Of a stretch of 32,000 nucleotides of DNA, positions 10,701-19,102 are shown one piece after another. The notes under the pieces are model-generated. The model worked only from the letters and a program-made list of their open reading frames with translations, searched no databases and was not told where the DNA came from. The translations under genes were made by a program, and so were the position numbers. Origin of the DNA: Psychrobacter cryohalolentis K5. GTDB lineage: Bacteria > Pseudomonadota > Gammaproteobacteria > Pseudomonadales > Moraxellaceae. The stretch lies in assembly GCF_000013905.1 (NCBI RefSeq), contig NC_007969.1, positions 2,070,001 through 2,102,000 on the forward strand. The letters are read 5' to 3'. Numbering within the stretch: position 1 is the stretch's first letter; each line of letters starts with the position of its first letter.

Positions 10701-12768
10701 CGATGACACCTTTGGCTTTGACCGCACCTGCTTCGCCATTATAATTTAACTTGCGAACACTGATCAGATTTGGCGTACCAGCGGCATCGATTGATAAACG
10801 ACCTTTTGGTACATCAGCCGTGTCAATTTGACCATCAAAACGCGCATCAAAGACCGATAGCTTACCGCCGATAATATCAACACTGGCATCGCCGCCGCCA
10901 GTAATGCCGATAGCACGACCTTTTTGCGTGGCATCCAACTGCGCCTGCAAAGCGGTATTATTGAAACTAATAATATGCCGCTGACCTTTGACACGGTTTT
11001 TAGTGATATTCAGCAATCGTCCGCGGGCACTGATACGTCCAGTTAGGCGCTCAAGCGGTATATCACTGCGGTATTGCTTGGGCAATAAGCCATTAGTACG
11101 TGCATCAATCTGCCAAGTAAGCGGACGTTTTTTAGTGGCTAATTGAATCTGACCTGTCCCTGATAAATCTCCCACCACCCCTTTATAGTTTAGGCGGTTG
11201 ATATCAATGATATTGCCAGCCTTACGAAGCCTGACATCGTAATTACCTTTAGGCGCTGCATTCAGCTCATTAATAATGGCTGTGCCATCGACAGAAAGAT
11301 TTGAGCCGCGAACAATCACCTTTGCTTGCCCACTAGGGCTATTGATGTTGCCAATATTAGGGATATTTTTACGCACAAGGTTCTGCCATTTTGCATCAAT
11401 ATACAAAGGGGCGACTTGTTTAGATTTGACTGAGGTTTTTCCACGGACAATATTGGCATTGACTTGCTCGCCATCACGCTGACGTAATGCGGCATCCATT
11501 TCCATATTACCGGCAGTATTTTTATGCTGATAATGAACGGATAATCGACCATTTAACTTTTGCGGGGCATATACTTTAAAGTCCGCATATTGTTTAGGAA
11601 TGACACGACGTACATCAAAATTACTGCCGCTCGCTCTTATCTTTGCATCAAAGCTGCTGTTCCAATCCAAGATACCTTGCAATATCAAGTTGCCAGCAGC
11701 CACATCTGCATCTAGGCGATCAACACGTAGCTGACGATTGGCAAGAATAGCGCGTCCTTGGTAATGTCCTGAAGGAATGTCTTTAGCGGTCAATTCAGTG
11801 TTGATACGTAGGCGTATCTCTGAGATCACACCTGATGCGGTCGCGATGCCACTCTTTAAGTGAATATTTTGACTGTCCGCATAAGGAACCAGAATGTCAT
11901 CCCATTCAAGTTTTGCTTGAAACGGTGCATCAGGATCCAATCCCTGCACTACAAAGTCGCCACTAACCGCACTATCATTGTAGCGGCTACTAACCTTGCC
12001 AACGGTGCGCTTTAACGTACCTGTTGCGGTGATATTCAAGGGATCAATATAGGCTTTTTCTAAAGCACTGACCTCTACAATGGCACTCAAATCTAAAGGA
12101 TAGTCGCCTTGCAAATCGGCATGACCCTCTAATGCACTGACTTTAACAATATCGCCATATTGCAAACTACCGCGACCAACCGTCACCATACTGCCAACCC
12201 ACGTCAAATCGCGGGCTTCAATATCATGCACAACAATGGGGTCACGAGTTACTTGCTTATAAATGATGGTTTTTACTTTTGCATAATCAAAACGTAGATT
12301 AACCGGTAAGCTTAAGGTTCTATAATCGAATGCCTCACCTGTTGGTGGTTTTTTATTGATAATTTCAATGGTTTGTATATCCGCATCACGCAAATGTACT
12401 TCTTTGGCAAAGACGGCGCGCCAGCCTATTTTAACGTAAGCTTTATCTACCAATATCTCAAGATCTTCATTGGCAACAATATCGATATCAGTGAGCCATA
12501 GACCTTCGCGCAGATTGCCGCTACCGTATTTGAACTCAATACCGGTTTCTGCACTGATTTTCTCTAAGATAAACTTAGTGCCTGACTCAGTACCCGCCGC
12601 ATATAAGAAGATAGCAAACATAATTGCTAGCACGATAAGAATCAGTACCAGCAATTTGAGCACAAAAGACAACGGATACCAACGTCTTACGGCGCGGGCA
12701 TCTCGTTGTGCTGGATCTTCATCTAATGGCTTATTAGGCAGGGTATTTTTGGTCGACATGACACTCAA
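7765..12768 (-). CDS. tamB: Translocation and assembly module subunit TamB (AsmA-like/DUF490), 1667 aa
   Basis: N-terminal single TM anchor (LSFVLKLLVLILIVLAIMFAIFLYAAG), a long beta-rich body and a DUF490-type C-terminus (GYVTPDLYIRYGVGVFNAQNSLSIRYQLTRRIYVEATS...YSWQF). It lies 68 nt downstream of tamA. The track start at 12768 is TTG; the first ATG is at 12759. Confidence 0.93.
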   Translation of the reverse strand: MSVMSTKNTLPNKPLDEDPAQRDARAVRRWYPLSFVLKLLVLILIVLAIMFAIFLYAAGTESGTKFILEKISAETGIEFKYGSGNLREGLWLTDIDIVANEDLEILVDKAYVKIGWRAVFAKEVHLRDADIQTIEIINKKPPTGEAFDYRTLSLPVNLRFDYAKVKTIIYKQVTRDPIVVHDIEARDLTWVGSMVTVGRGSLQYGDIVKVSALEGHADLQGDYPLDLSAIVEVSALEKAYIDPLNITATGTLKRTVGKVSSRYNDSAVSGDFVVQGLDPDAPFQAKLEWDDILVPYADSQNIHLKSGIATASGVISEIRLRINTELTAKDIPSGHYQGRAILANRQLRVDRLDADVAAGNLILQGILDWNSSFDAKIRASGSNFDVRRVIPKQYADFKVYAPQKLNGRLSVHYQHKNTAGNMEMDAALRQRDGEQVNANIVRGKTSVKSKQVAPLYIDAKWQNLVRKNIPNIGNINSPSGQAKVIVRGSNLSVDGTAIINELNAAPKGNYDVRLRKAGNIIDINRLNYKGVVGDLSGTGQIQLATKKRPLTWQIDARTNGLLPKQYRSDIPLERLTGRISARGRLLNITKNRVKGQRHIISFNNTALQAQLDATQKGRAIGITGGGDASVDIIGGKLSVFDARFDGQIDTADVPKGRLSIDAAGTPNLISVRKLNYNGEAGAVKAKGVIDLRKNIGWTLDGRFDKFNLGYFLPNNAAIITGDLKTTGEWQSPPKNNAKAKGVLKNFVVNFDGVLDAEQLPAGKLTIDASGNAQLIRIKRFRHVGAAGSIDAKGTVDVRQGLAWDIDAVMDRFNLGYFFKDIPSTITGTIDTSGRWGDTQQTINIKQVNLNGMLKGQPLSAKGSLTAKLHLPKDLASYFQRLQKQDAQAQYKQVNALIESLNANNLVLRWGNNYITANGNAKQLQAKINITSLDQLSDKLGGKVSGGATLSQPAGQALPTIYVDLVGERITLPGFILRQGRIRGKLVNLANSPSQFIITAEGLEAAGQNFKNFNATFNGTEQAHVVDFDLLNEKLSISARLKGGFNRDKLSWSGVIGKGQVKSKYATLNQLQPAQLIVNLPKKQGKNSTELKVQLAAHCWQATDQTGKLCLRENLIASAAGGQVDLAIQKLDTSLFSAFLPKDIDWHGKINGKAIVGWQRGRPPTINTTLYSDNGKIGLIQDGDSLPVTLPYKRISLIAVSVPNGLKIRSDINTGDGARGYAEVIVDPYKTPKPISGALVLNELNLAIFKPFFPGMRVLEGNITMAGGLGGTLDKPQFYGDVKLANGRMAMLDLPVNLTKVNATAKIRGTQATIDGRFNSGTGKGTVAGTVNWQQKLQAKLSIDGKGLILTQPPLLVASVDPDIDIIVRPSDRYVNITGAVSVPSATIRPPEASEDIITQTEDAVVLDRRLIGNIDEVLAISKPWSINADIGIDLGNDINFRGFGAVIPLAGAIHVTQSGTGIMRAKGVVQVSRRTNINAFGQNLELNYGQVRFNGDVMKPSLSIEAVKNISGKTVGVRVKGNTESPNIIVFNNAGLTQQQAMNALVTGRINNQSATQISEQGFKSQVTNNLAAAGLSFGLSGTRNLTNQIGQAFGFQSLTVDASGSSEDTNVNVTGYVTPDLYIRYGVGVFNAQNSLSIRYQLTRRIYVEATSAAENAVDVVYSWQF
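10219..10839 (-). repeat. Tandem in-frame duplication of a 106-codon module within tamB
   Basis: Residues ~644-749 (FDGQIDTADVPKGRLSIDAAG...RFDKFNLGYFL...ITGDLKTTGEW) align with ~750-850 (FDGVLDAEQLPAGKLTIDASG...MDRFNLGYFF...ITGTIDTSGRW). The identical 20-mer AAGAAATAACCCAAATTAAA occurs at 10316-10335 and 10634-10653, exactly 318 bp apart. Confidence 0.8.
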
Positions 12769-12836
12769 CTACGTTAAAGAATGATTACCAGCAATCGCTA
12801 GAATAATAAAAAGACAACGGTTTTGTTTATATACTT

Positions 12837-15800
12837 TTATAAAGGAGAGCCAATAAACAGATGCAATCTCACTGGAATACTCTCTTCTGTCACACCAGCT
12901 GCAACATCGACGCGCACCACGCCAACAGGCGACGCCCAGCGGATACCAACGCCGACACCAACTTTGGTATCTGTCTCAAAATCTTTGTCATAAGCATTAC
13001 CAATGTCAGTAAAAACAGCACCGCGAAAGCCGGGTTTAAACTCATAGTTATATTCTGCACTACCAACCGCGAGGATTTGTCCACCGGTCAGATAGCCTTT
13101 ATCTAGTGGCGATAAGCTTTCATAGTCATAACCACGGATACTTTGGTCACCACCAGCAAAGAAGCGCAGCTTATAAGGCACCTCATCAAAGTCATCTGCC
13201 CAAATATAACCAGTATTGATACTGCCAAGCACTTGATGCTTGTCATCAGCACCAAAGCTATAAATACCGCTGACGCCAGCGCGAGCAATTGCTAGATTGG
13301 TATCGCTAAGCGCTTTATCAGCACCCGCTTCAATCGAATAGTATTGGCGGATACCGCTAGTGGGATTGGTGACACTATCTACATCTGTCTTACTGATGCC
13401 ATAACCAAGTAATAATGCTTGCTGTCTAGGCTGTGAAGACGTAAAGCGAATAGGAAGATCGTTTAACTGCGCTTCATCATCAATACCCGTTTCTAACTCA
13501 TCTAAACGGTAGCGCAGGGAGTAGCTGCGATTCCACCCCGTTTCACGGCGGATATTACGCGCTAGCGACCCTTTGAGTGTTTTGGTAGATAAATCAAAAT
13601 TGCCTTCACCTTGATTAATCGCTTCTTCTTCATAAGTTAAACTTGCTTCAAGCTTGTCATTCAAAGGGTGTTTCCAAGGCCTGCTAGCATAGACACCGAC
13701 ATTTTTAGTAATTCTCGAAACTTCTGTCTCAAGTCCTGCCTGATAGCCTTTACGATTGAGTAGATTATAATCTATTTTCGCGGTTGCGCGGACACCCGTA
13801 TCGGTACCATAACCAATACCCACCTGAGCATCGCGCGGTTTATTCGCCGCCACAAACACGTATAGCGGTACTTTCTTACTCTCTAACACTTCTTGCGGTG
13901 TTTTACGCCCTGCCAATGTTGGTGGTACGAAGTTCTCATCCGCCAATATACTTTTCTCATCCGGGAATATCTTTTGTGCAATGTCGCTGATAGCATCACT
14001 AATTTTACCCAAAATACTGTTTGAATCTTGGTCTTTTTCATCCAATACCCGATCATTTGGCAGACTGCTTAAGCGTTCTGCTTTTTGCTTAATCGCCTGA
14101 AGCTTCTCAAGCGTCTCTTCATCGGCTTCAAATTCGATAGCAGCAATGTCAGCCGCATTTACTTTCTCTCCGCTATTGGCATAAAGCTCGCCGTCATTAC
14201 TAACACCTTCTATTTGGCGCGCATTAACATCGGAAGCATTGTTTACTTCGTCATCCATTGTTTCAATAAAATTATCTACATTTGGTGAGTTATCAAAGGC
14301 CAAAGTAGCACTTTGTGTGCGCTCATCTGGCGGCAAAATCGACTCAACGTTGATAGTATTAAAATAACGGGTCGCCGATAAATCATTACTGAATTTGGTG
14401 ACAGCGGGACGATAAAAAGGATCGCCTTCTTTAAAGTCGAATAACTGCCTTAACAGTGACAATTCAACGGGCAGTTTTGCAGGATCACGGGTCAGTGTCC
14501 CTGATTCTCTATCATAAGTAAAAAATACCACTTCATCAAACTCATAGCGATCGCCAGTATTGTAAACCAGTGAAACATCTGCTGTGTTATCAGGCAAGAT
14601 AATATCGACGGATTTATTTAACCAATATTGATCAAAGTAACCGTAAGTATTACTGAGCGACTCAAGGGCAGATTTACTGTCTTTATAGACGCGGTGGTTA
14701 AAGATATCGCCTTCTTTTGGTGGCAGATTTTTTTCAAGCTCAGCGAACTCTTTTTGCTCACTGCCTGCACCGCGAATGTCGACAATCCGGCTATCGACAC
14801 GTACGGGCTCACCCAGCTTTTCAATAATGACATCGATCGTGTCTGTATAAGGCTGGCTTAGACGCAAAGTCACATCATAGTAACCAACTGCTTTTGCAGC
14901 ATCTAATGCGGTTTGGCGTAAACGCGGTAAAGCTGCTGTAAAGTCAACGACAGACTGCACAGTGGTATCATCAAGCGCCGCCTTGATATTCTTAATAGGC
15001 TGCACATTGTCATCAGCTTTGACTAGTATCGGCTTGGTATTGACAGCATTGCTATTGTTAGCTGCGACTTGTTGTAAGTAAATCGTAGTATCTACGTGTG
15101 GTAGCGCCAGTGAGCCTGAATTAAACAATCGATTATAGAGACGCTTGACAATATTGCCTTTATTGCGCGCCATTGGACTCGGCGTTTTGGCTTGCTCGAT
15201 ACTTTCGCTAACGGCTTCGGTATCGTTTTGATAATCTGGCAAATAGTCATCAGGATTGATCGAGTTTTCTGTATTTTTTGATTGATTGACGTTGGCTAAA
15301 ATATCGTTATCCATCACTTCAATGGCATTACCACTGCTGACAGCATCGCTAACCATAATAGGACGCGCCATGATCTCTGCAGTCTCAGCTCGCTCAGCAA
15401 TGCTTTCATTGATGCCTAATGTGTCTAAATTACTGGGTGTCGGCAGATTGGTCGCGTCTAATTCCACATCCAGCCCAATCGGCGGCGTACGATCGTCTAA
15501 AGTGGCGACAGGCGCATCAAAACCCCTATTATTACTAGTGCCAATATTACTAGTGCCGATCCTATCGATATCTTGCGCGTTTTGTCTATCCATCGCCGCA
15601 AGCTCACGATCAATCTCTTCAGGCGTCATCATCTGATAGCCCTGCTGCTGTATCGCTGCTGCTTGCTGCTCTAGATCTTGATTTGTATCAAAATTTTGCG
15701 CATCATCGAAATCATTATTAAAGCTATTGGCATTTTCTGGAGTAACATTACTGTTAGTCTTGCCAGCTGAATTTTTCGCGTTTGGATTCTTAATACCTAG

Positions 15801-16217
15801 CGTTTGCTCACTATAGTCATCCAATACAGATTGCTCAATAATACCTTGCTCAACCGCTTTTTTTAGGCGCAGTGCATCTAGCGCCATATCCAGCTGACGG
15901 TCATCATCAGAAATCGCCGCTTTGGGGGTTTTTGGTGACGCTGCTGTAGCAGTTTTTGCTGTTATCTGGCTGCTTATAGCGCTATTATTTGAATCAGTAG
16001 TAGCGGCAAAAGCTGCAGGGGCAAGACTACAGCCAAAACCGACCAAGCTGGTGGTCAATGCACTAAAAAGCGCTGTGCGGGTAAAATAAAGACGCGGAGT
16101 GTCGTTAGCACTAATAGTAGCACTAGATTTGATTGAGCTATTTTGGCAACCTAAGAGGTCAGGCAACTTAACAGGTACGTTATGCACTGGCGTTGAAGGC
16201 TGATGTTTCATATTCAT
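12837..16217 (-). CDS. tamA: Translocation and assembly module subunit TamA (Omp85 family), 1126 aa
   Basis: The C-terminal ~340 aa is an Omp85 barrel (VGIGYGTDTGVRA, RFFAGGDQSIRGYDYESL, GAVFTDIGNAY, GVGIRWASPVGVVRVDVA). POTRA-like region at residues ~375-640 (AAKAVGYYDVTLRL). Signal peptide ends AAFA-A near residue 72. Both ATG 16217 and ATG 16211 have SD-like GAGGG/AGGA upstream. tamB follows immediately. Confidence 0.9.
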   Translation of the reverse strand: MNMKHQPSTPVHNVPVKLPDLLGCQNSSIKSSATISANDTPRLYFTRTALFSALTTSLVGFGCSLAPAAFAATTDSNNSAISSQITAKTATAASPKTPKAAISDDDRQLDMALDALRLKKAVEQGIIEQSVLDDYSEQTLGIKNPNAKNSAGKTNSNVTPENANSFNNDFDDAQNFDTNQDLEQQAAAIQQQGYQMMTPEEIDRELAAMDRQNAQDIDRIGTSNIGTSNNRGFDAPVATLDDRTPPIGLDVELDATNLPTPSNLDTLGINESIAERAETAEIMARPIMVSDAVSSGNAIEVMDNDILANVNQSKNTENSINPDDYLPDYQNDTEAVSESIEQAKTPSPMARNKGNIVKRLYNRLFNSGSLALPHVDTTIYLQQVAANNSNAVNTKPILVKADDNVQPIKNIKAALDDTTVQSVVDFTAALPRLRQTALDAAKAVGYYDVTLRLSQPYTDTIDVIIEKLGEPVRVDSRIVDIRGAGSEQKEFAELEKNLPPKEGDIFNHRVYKDSKSALESLSNTYGYFDQYWLNKSVDIILPDNTADVSLVYNTGDRYEFDEVVFFTYDRESGTLTRDPAKLPVELSLLRQLFDFKEGDPFYRPAVTKFSNDLSATRYFNTINVESILPPDERTQSATLAFDNSPNVDNFIETMDDEVNNASDVNARQIEGVSNDGELYANSGEKVNAADIAAIEFEADEETLEKLQAIKQKAERLSSLPNDRVLDEKDQDSNSILGKISDAISDIAQKIFPDEKSILADENFVPPTLAGRKTPQEVLESKKVPLYVFVAANKPRDAQVGIGYGTDTGVRATAKIDYNLLNRKGYQAGLETEVSRITKNVGVYASRPWKHPLNDKLEASLTYEEEAINQGEGNFDLSTKTLKGSLARNIRRETGWNRSYSLRYRLDELETGIDDEAQLNDLPIRFTSSQPRQQALLLGYGISKTDVDSVTNPTSGIRQYYSIEAGADKALSDTNLAIARAGVSGIYSFGADDKHQVLGSINTGYIWADDFDEVPYKLRFFAGGDQSIRGYDYESLSPLDKGYLTGGQILAVGSAEYNYEFKPGFRGAVFTDIGNAYDKDFETDTKVGVGVGIRWASPVGVVRVDVAAGVTEESIPVRLHLFIGSPL
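15532..15561. repeat. 2 x 15-bp tandem repeat inside tamA
   Basis: ATTACTAGTGCCAAT / ATTACTAGTGCCGAT are adjacent with one mismatch. They encode IGTSN-IGTSN on the minus strand. Confidence 0.85.
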
Positions 16218-16682
16218 TCCTATTCCCTCACGCAGTGCAAGGTTGCTGACGCTGACGACTATTAAGTCTTGGCGGTAAATACAGTGATGACAACAATTAT
16301 AATGAGCTAAAACAATTTTTTAACTTGCAGCTTTACTTTTTGTCTGACGATTTAGCCTACGATTGAAGCATTAACATGTAATTAGTATATAAAAAATTAC
16401 TTACATCAGACCATTTAAGCATCGTCAAACCTTTGCTATTAGTCACTCTATTAGGATTTAGTCGGCTAAAATTTACAAATCATAACTTAGTTAATTATTA
16501 AATCATAGCATTGGACGTATGTATTTTTGCCAAAGCCTTGCTATTATACGGCTTAACATTGATAAAACCTATGCCATATTTAGTTAAGTTTTTGATAGCG
16601 TTGATAATTACCCTAGTATTAATGACTATCTTCTCCGTCTTGCTTCACTTTTATTTGTCTTGACCCATTTGTAGGAATTTTC

Positions 16683-18023
16683 ATGGCCAATCAGTTTCAG
16701 TTATTTAAGCGTCGCCGTTTTAGCGCCATGTTTTTTACCCAATTTTTGGGAGCGCTTAATGACAATATTTTTAAGCAAGCGCTGATATTAGTTCTGACCT
16801 ACACGGCGGCGAGCCAGCTTGGCGTTGAGGTTAGTATTTTAAATAACTTGGCAGCCATGTTATTTATTTTGCCGTATTTTCTATTTTCAGCGCTGGCAGG
16901 GCAAATCGCTGACAAGTTTGAAAAGTCTAAATTGACCCGCTTAACTAAGCTGCTTGAGCTATCCATTATGGTGATTGCGGCAGTGGGCTTTGTATTTGAG
17001 TGGTATGCACTCTTATTTGTCTCGTTATTTTTGATGGGCACACAATCTACCTTTTTTGGGCCTATCAAATATGCCTACTTGCCACAAGCGATGCAAGAAA
17101 ATGAATTGGTCGGTGCCAATGGTCTGTTTCAAATGGGTACGTCATTAGCGATATTACTTGGTATGATTATCGCTGGCGTCTTAACCCAAGTGCCACAGCC
17201 GCTCTATTGGATTAGTCTAACTGTATTAGTCGTTGCGATATTAGGTTATTTCGCCGCCCGATCTATACCCACCATGCCAGCGATGCAGCCTGATTTAAAG
17301 ATTAATTGGAATATCTTTACCACCAGTGTGTCAACGGTACGTTATTTATATTCCTTACGGTTTTTGTTCTTCGTTATCTTGGGCAACAGCTGGTTTTGGT
17401 TTTATGGCGCGACTTTTTTGACCCAAACACCTGAATTCAGCAAAGTCATTCTTCATGGCGATGAATCAGTGGTAATTTTCCTGCTGACTTTATTTTCAGT
17501 TGGGGTCTCTATCGGCTCATTATTATGCAAAAGGCTTACCAAGAATCAGGTCAGCTTACGTTTATTACCCTTTGGTATCGCTGGTTTGAGTATCTTTGCT
17601 ATCGACTTGTATTTTTCGCTATCAGGATTGTCGATTGATGTGAGTAGCGAGACCTTAATCGGAGTGAGCGGATTATTTGCTATTTCTGGTAGCTGGCGTG
17701 TGTTTGTCGATTTATTCTTTTTGGGCTTTAGTGGCGGCTTATATATCGTCCCGTTATATGCGTCTATGCAGGCGTATGCACCCAAAAGCCATCGTGCACG
17801 CATCGTTGGTGCCAATAACATATTTAATGCCATATTTATGGTTGGCTCAGCGATTTTTTCTATCGTGGTATTAAATAGCTTAGGTATGTCACTACCGCAG
17901 TTATTCCTTGTTACAGGCTTGCTTAATATTGCCTTTGGGGTATTTTTATATACCAAGCTAAATAAACATATCAAACATGCCAGCATACAAACTCATGATG
18001 ATCAGCTAAACAGACATGATTAA
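16683..18023 (+). CDS. MFS transporter, LplT-like (lysophospholipid transporter family)
   Basis: 446 aa with about 12 hydrophobic segments. N-terminal FFTQFLGALNDNIFKQAL and the GQIADKF loop resemble LplT and the MFS half of Aas-type proteins. AGGA lies 6 nt upstream of the ATG. Confidence 0.8.
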   Translation: MANQFQLFKRRRFSAMFFTQFLGALNDNIFKQALILVLTYTAASQLGVEVSILNNLAAMLFILPYFLFSALAGQIADKFEKSKLTRLTKLLELSIMVIAAVGFVFEWYALLFVSLFLMGTQSTFFGPIKYAYLPQAMQENELVGANGLFQMGTSLAILLGMIIAGVLTQVPQPLYWISLTVLVVAILGYFAARSIPTMPAMQPDLKINWNIFTTSVSTVRYLYSLRFLFFVILGNSWFWFYGATFLTQTPEFSKVILHGDESVVIFLLTLFSVGVSIGSLLCKRLTKNQVSLRLLPFGIAGLSIFAIDLYFSLSGLSIDVSSETLIGVSGLFAISGSWRVFVDLFFLGFSGGLYIVPLYASMQAYAPKSHRARIVGANNIFNAIFMVGSAIFSIVVLNSLGMSLPQLFLVTGLLNIAFGVFLYTKLNKHIKHASIQTHDDQLNRHD

Positions 18024-18222
18024 AGGGTTTGATAATTTGAATCAACAGCATTAATGACAGCTGCCGTTATAAATCGATTGCTGAACGCCTCATTATTATG
18101 ATGCTGACCATTGATGTTGTTTGCTATAGTAAGCGCTAAGATTGAGTAGTAGTCGCTGCAACGCTTTAAAAAACCCATAGCAACACGTTATTCATAATAA
18201 ATAATGCCATCAGGAGTGAATC

Positions 18223-18867
18223 ATGGCTTTGCGTTCCTTATCTAAAATCGATCAATTACTGCTTGGGGTAGACAAGGCATTGCGAGCGGTCGTACCGCAT
18301 TCCAATCCGAGTACTCGCCCTCTACCTGTGAGTAGTGATGAGATTCCTGAGCTGAGTATTACAGAATCGCGGCACGTTGCAGGGCTGATGCGTATCAATC
18401 ATACCGGAGAAGTATGTGCGCAAGGGCTGTATCATGGGCAAGCATTTACGGCAAAAGATAATAGTGTCAAACGAGCCATGCAGCAATCTGCCGAAGAAGA
18501 AGTCGACCATCTGGTCTGGTGTGAGACGCGTCTAAGCGAGCTTGGTAGTCATCCAAGTGTGTTTACACCTTTATGGTATGGCATGTCTTTTGGTCTCGGC
18601 GCAGTAGCAGGTGCCATTTCTAACGAGTTTAGCTTGGGGTTTGTCGCTGAAACAGAAGCACAAGTTAGCGAACATCTGCAAGATCATATTGGACAATTAC
18701 CACCGCAAGATCAGCGCTCAAAAGAGATATTGGCACAAATGGATAGCGAGGAATTACATCATCGTGAGTTGGCACTTGCCAATGGTGGCGCTGCATTGTC
18801 GCCACTCATGCGTCATACCATGCGCTGGATGGCAAACCGCATGAAAGCCACGGCTTATCATTTTTGA
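18223..18867 (+). CDS. coq7: Demethoxyubiquinone hydroxylase Coq7 (di-iron carboxylate)
   Basis: 214 aa with the paired E...EXXH iron motifs of the Coq7 family: GEVCAQGLY, EEEVDHL, AETEAQVSEHL, EELHHRE. AGGAG SD lies 7 nt upstream. Confidence 0.93.
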   Translation: MALRSLSKIDQLLLGVDKALRAVVPHSNPSTRPLPVSSDEIPELSITESRHVAGLMRINHTGEVCAQGLYHGQAFTAKDNSVKRAMQQSAEEEVDHLVWCETRLSELGSHPSVFTPLWYGMSFGLGAVAGAISNEFSLGFVAETEAQVSEHLQDHIGQLPPQDQRSKEILAQMDSEELHHRELALANGGAALSPLMRHTMRWMANRMKATAYHF

Positions 18868-19102
18868 TTGATTTACTTTGACAAACACAGGGCAGCAAAA
18901 AATGCCTCAGTAATGACTTTTAACACTCCTACTACTGTTCGTATTGAGATTAATTTGCTAGGGTATAAAAAACTGTACGATTTTGCCATAACTATATGAG
19001 TACAACGTCAATGTCTAGCAGATATCAAGCAGCTATTAAGCAATGGATTTATCAATAACGACCAAATAGACAAAACAACGATTAAATAAGGTAACTATCT
19101 TT

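Noticed and set aside
8071-12784. Multiple plus-strand ORFs of 64-104 aa (for example 8767-9066, 10343-10642, 12470-12784) antisense to tamB, and similar ORFs antisense to tamA, obg, gap, cydA, lptD and amgK
   Set aside because: All are embedded opposite long genes with strong family signatures. Their translations are low-complexity or biased, they lack SD sequences, and their lengths are what chance predicts inside 1-5 kb genes.
18029-18045. TTGAT-N7-ATCAA inverted repeat after the MFS gene, considered as an FNR/ANR box or terminator
   Set aside because: The FNR/ANR consensus needs a 4-nt spacer. As a hairpin it is short and AT-rich with no U-tract.
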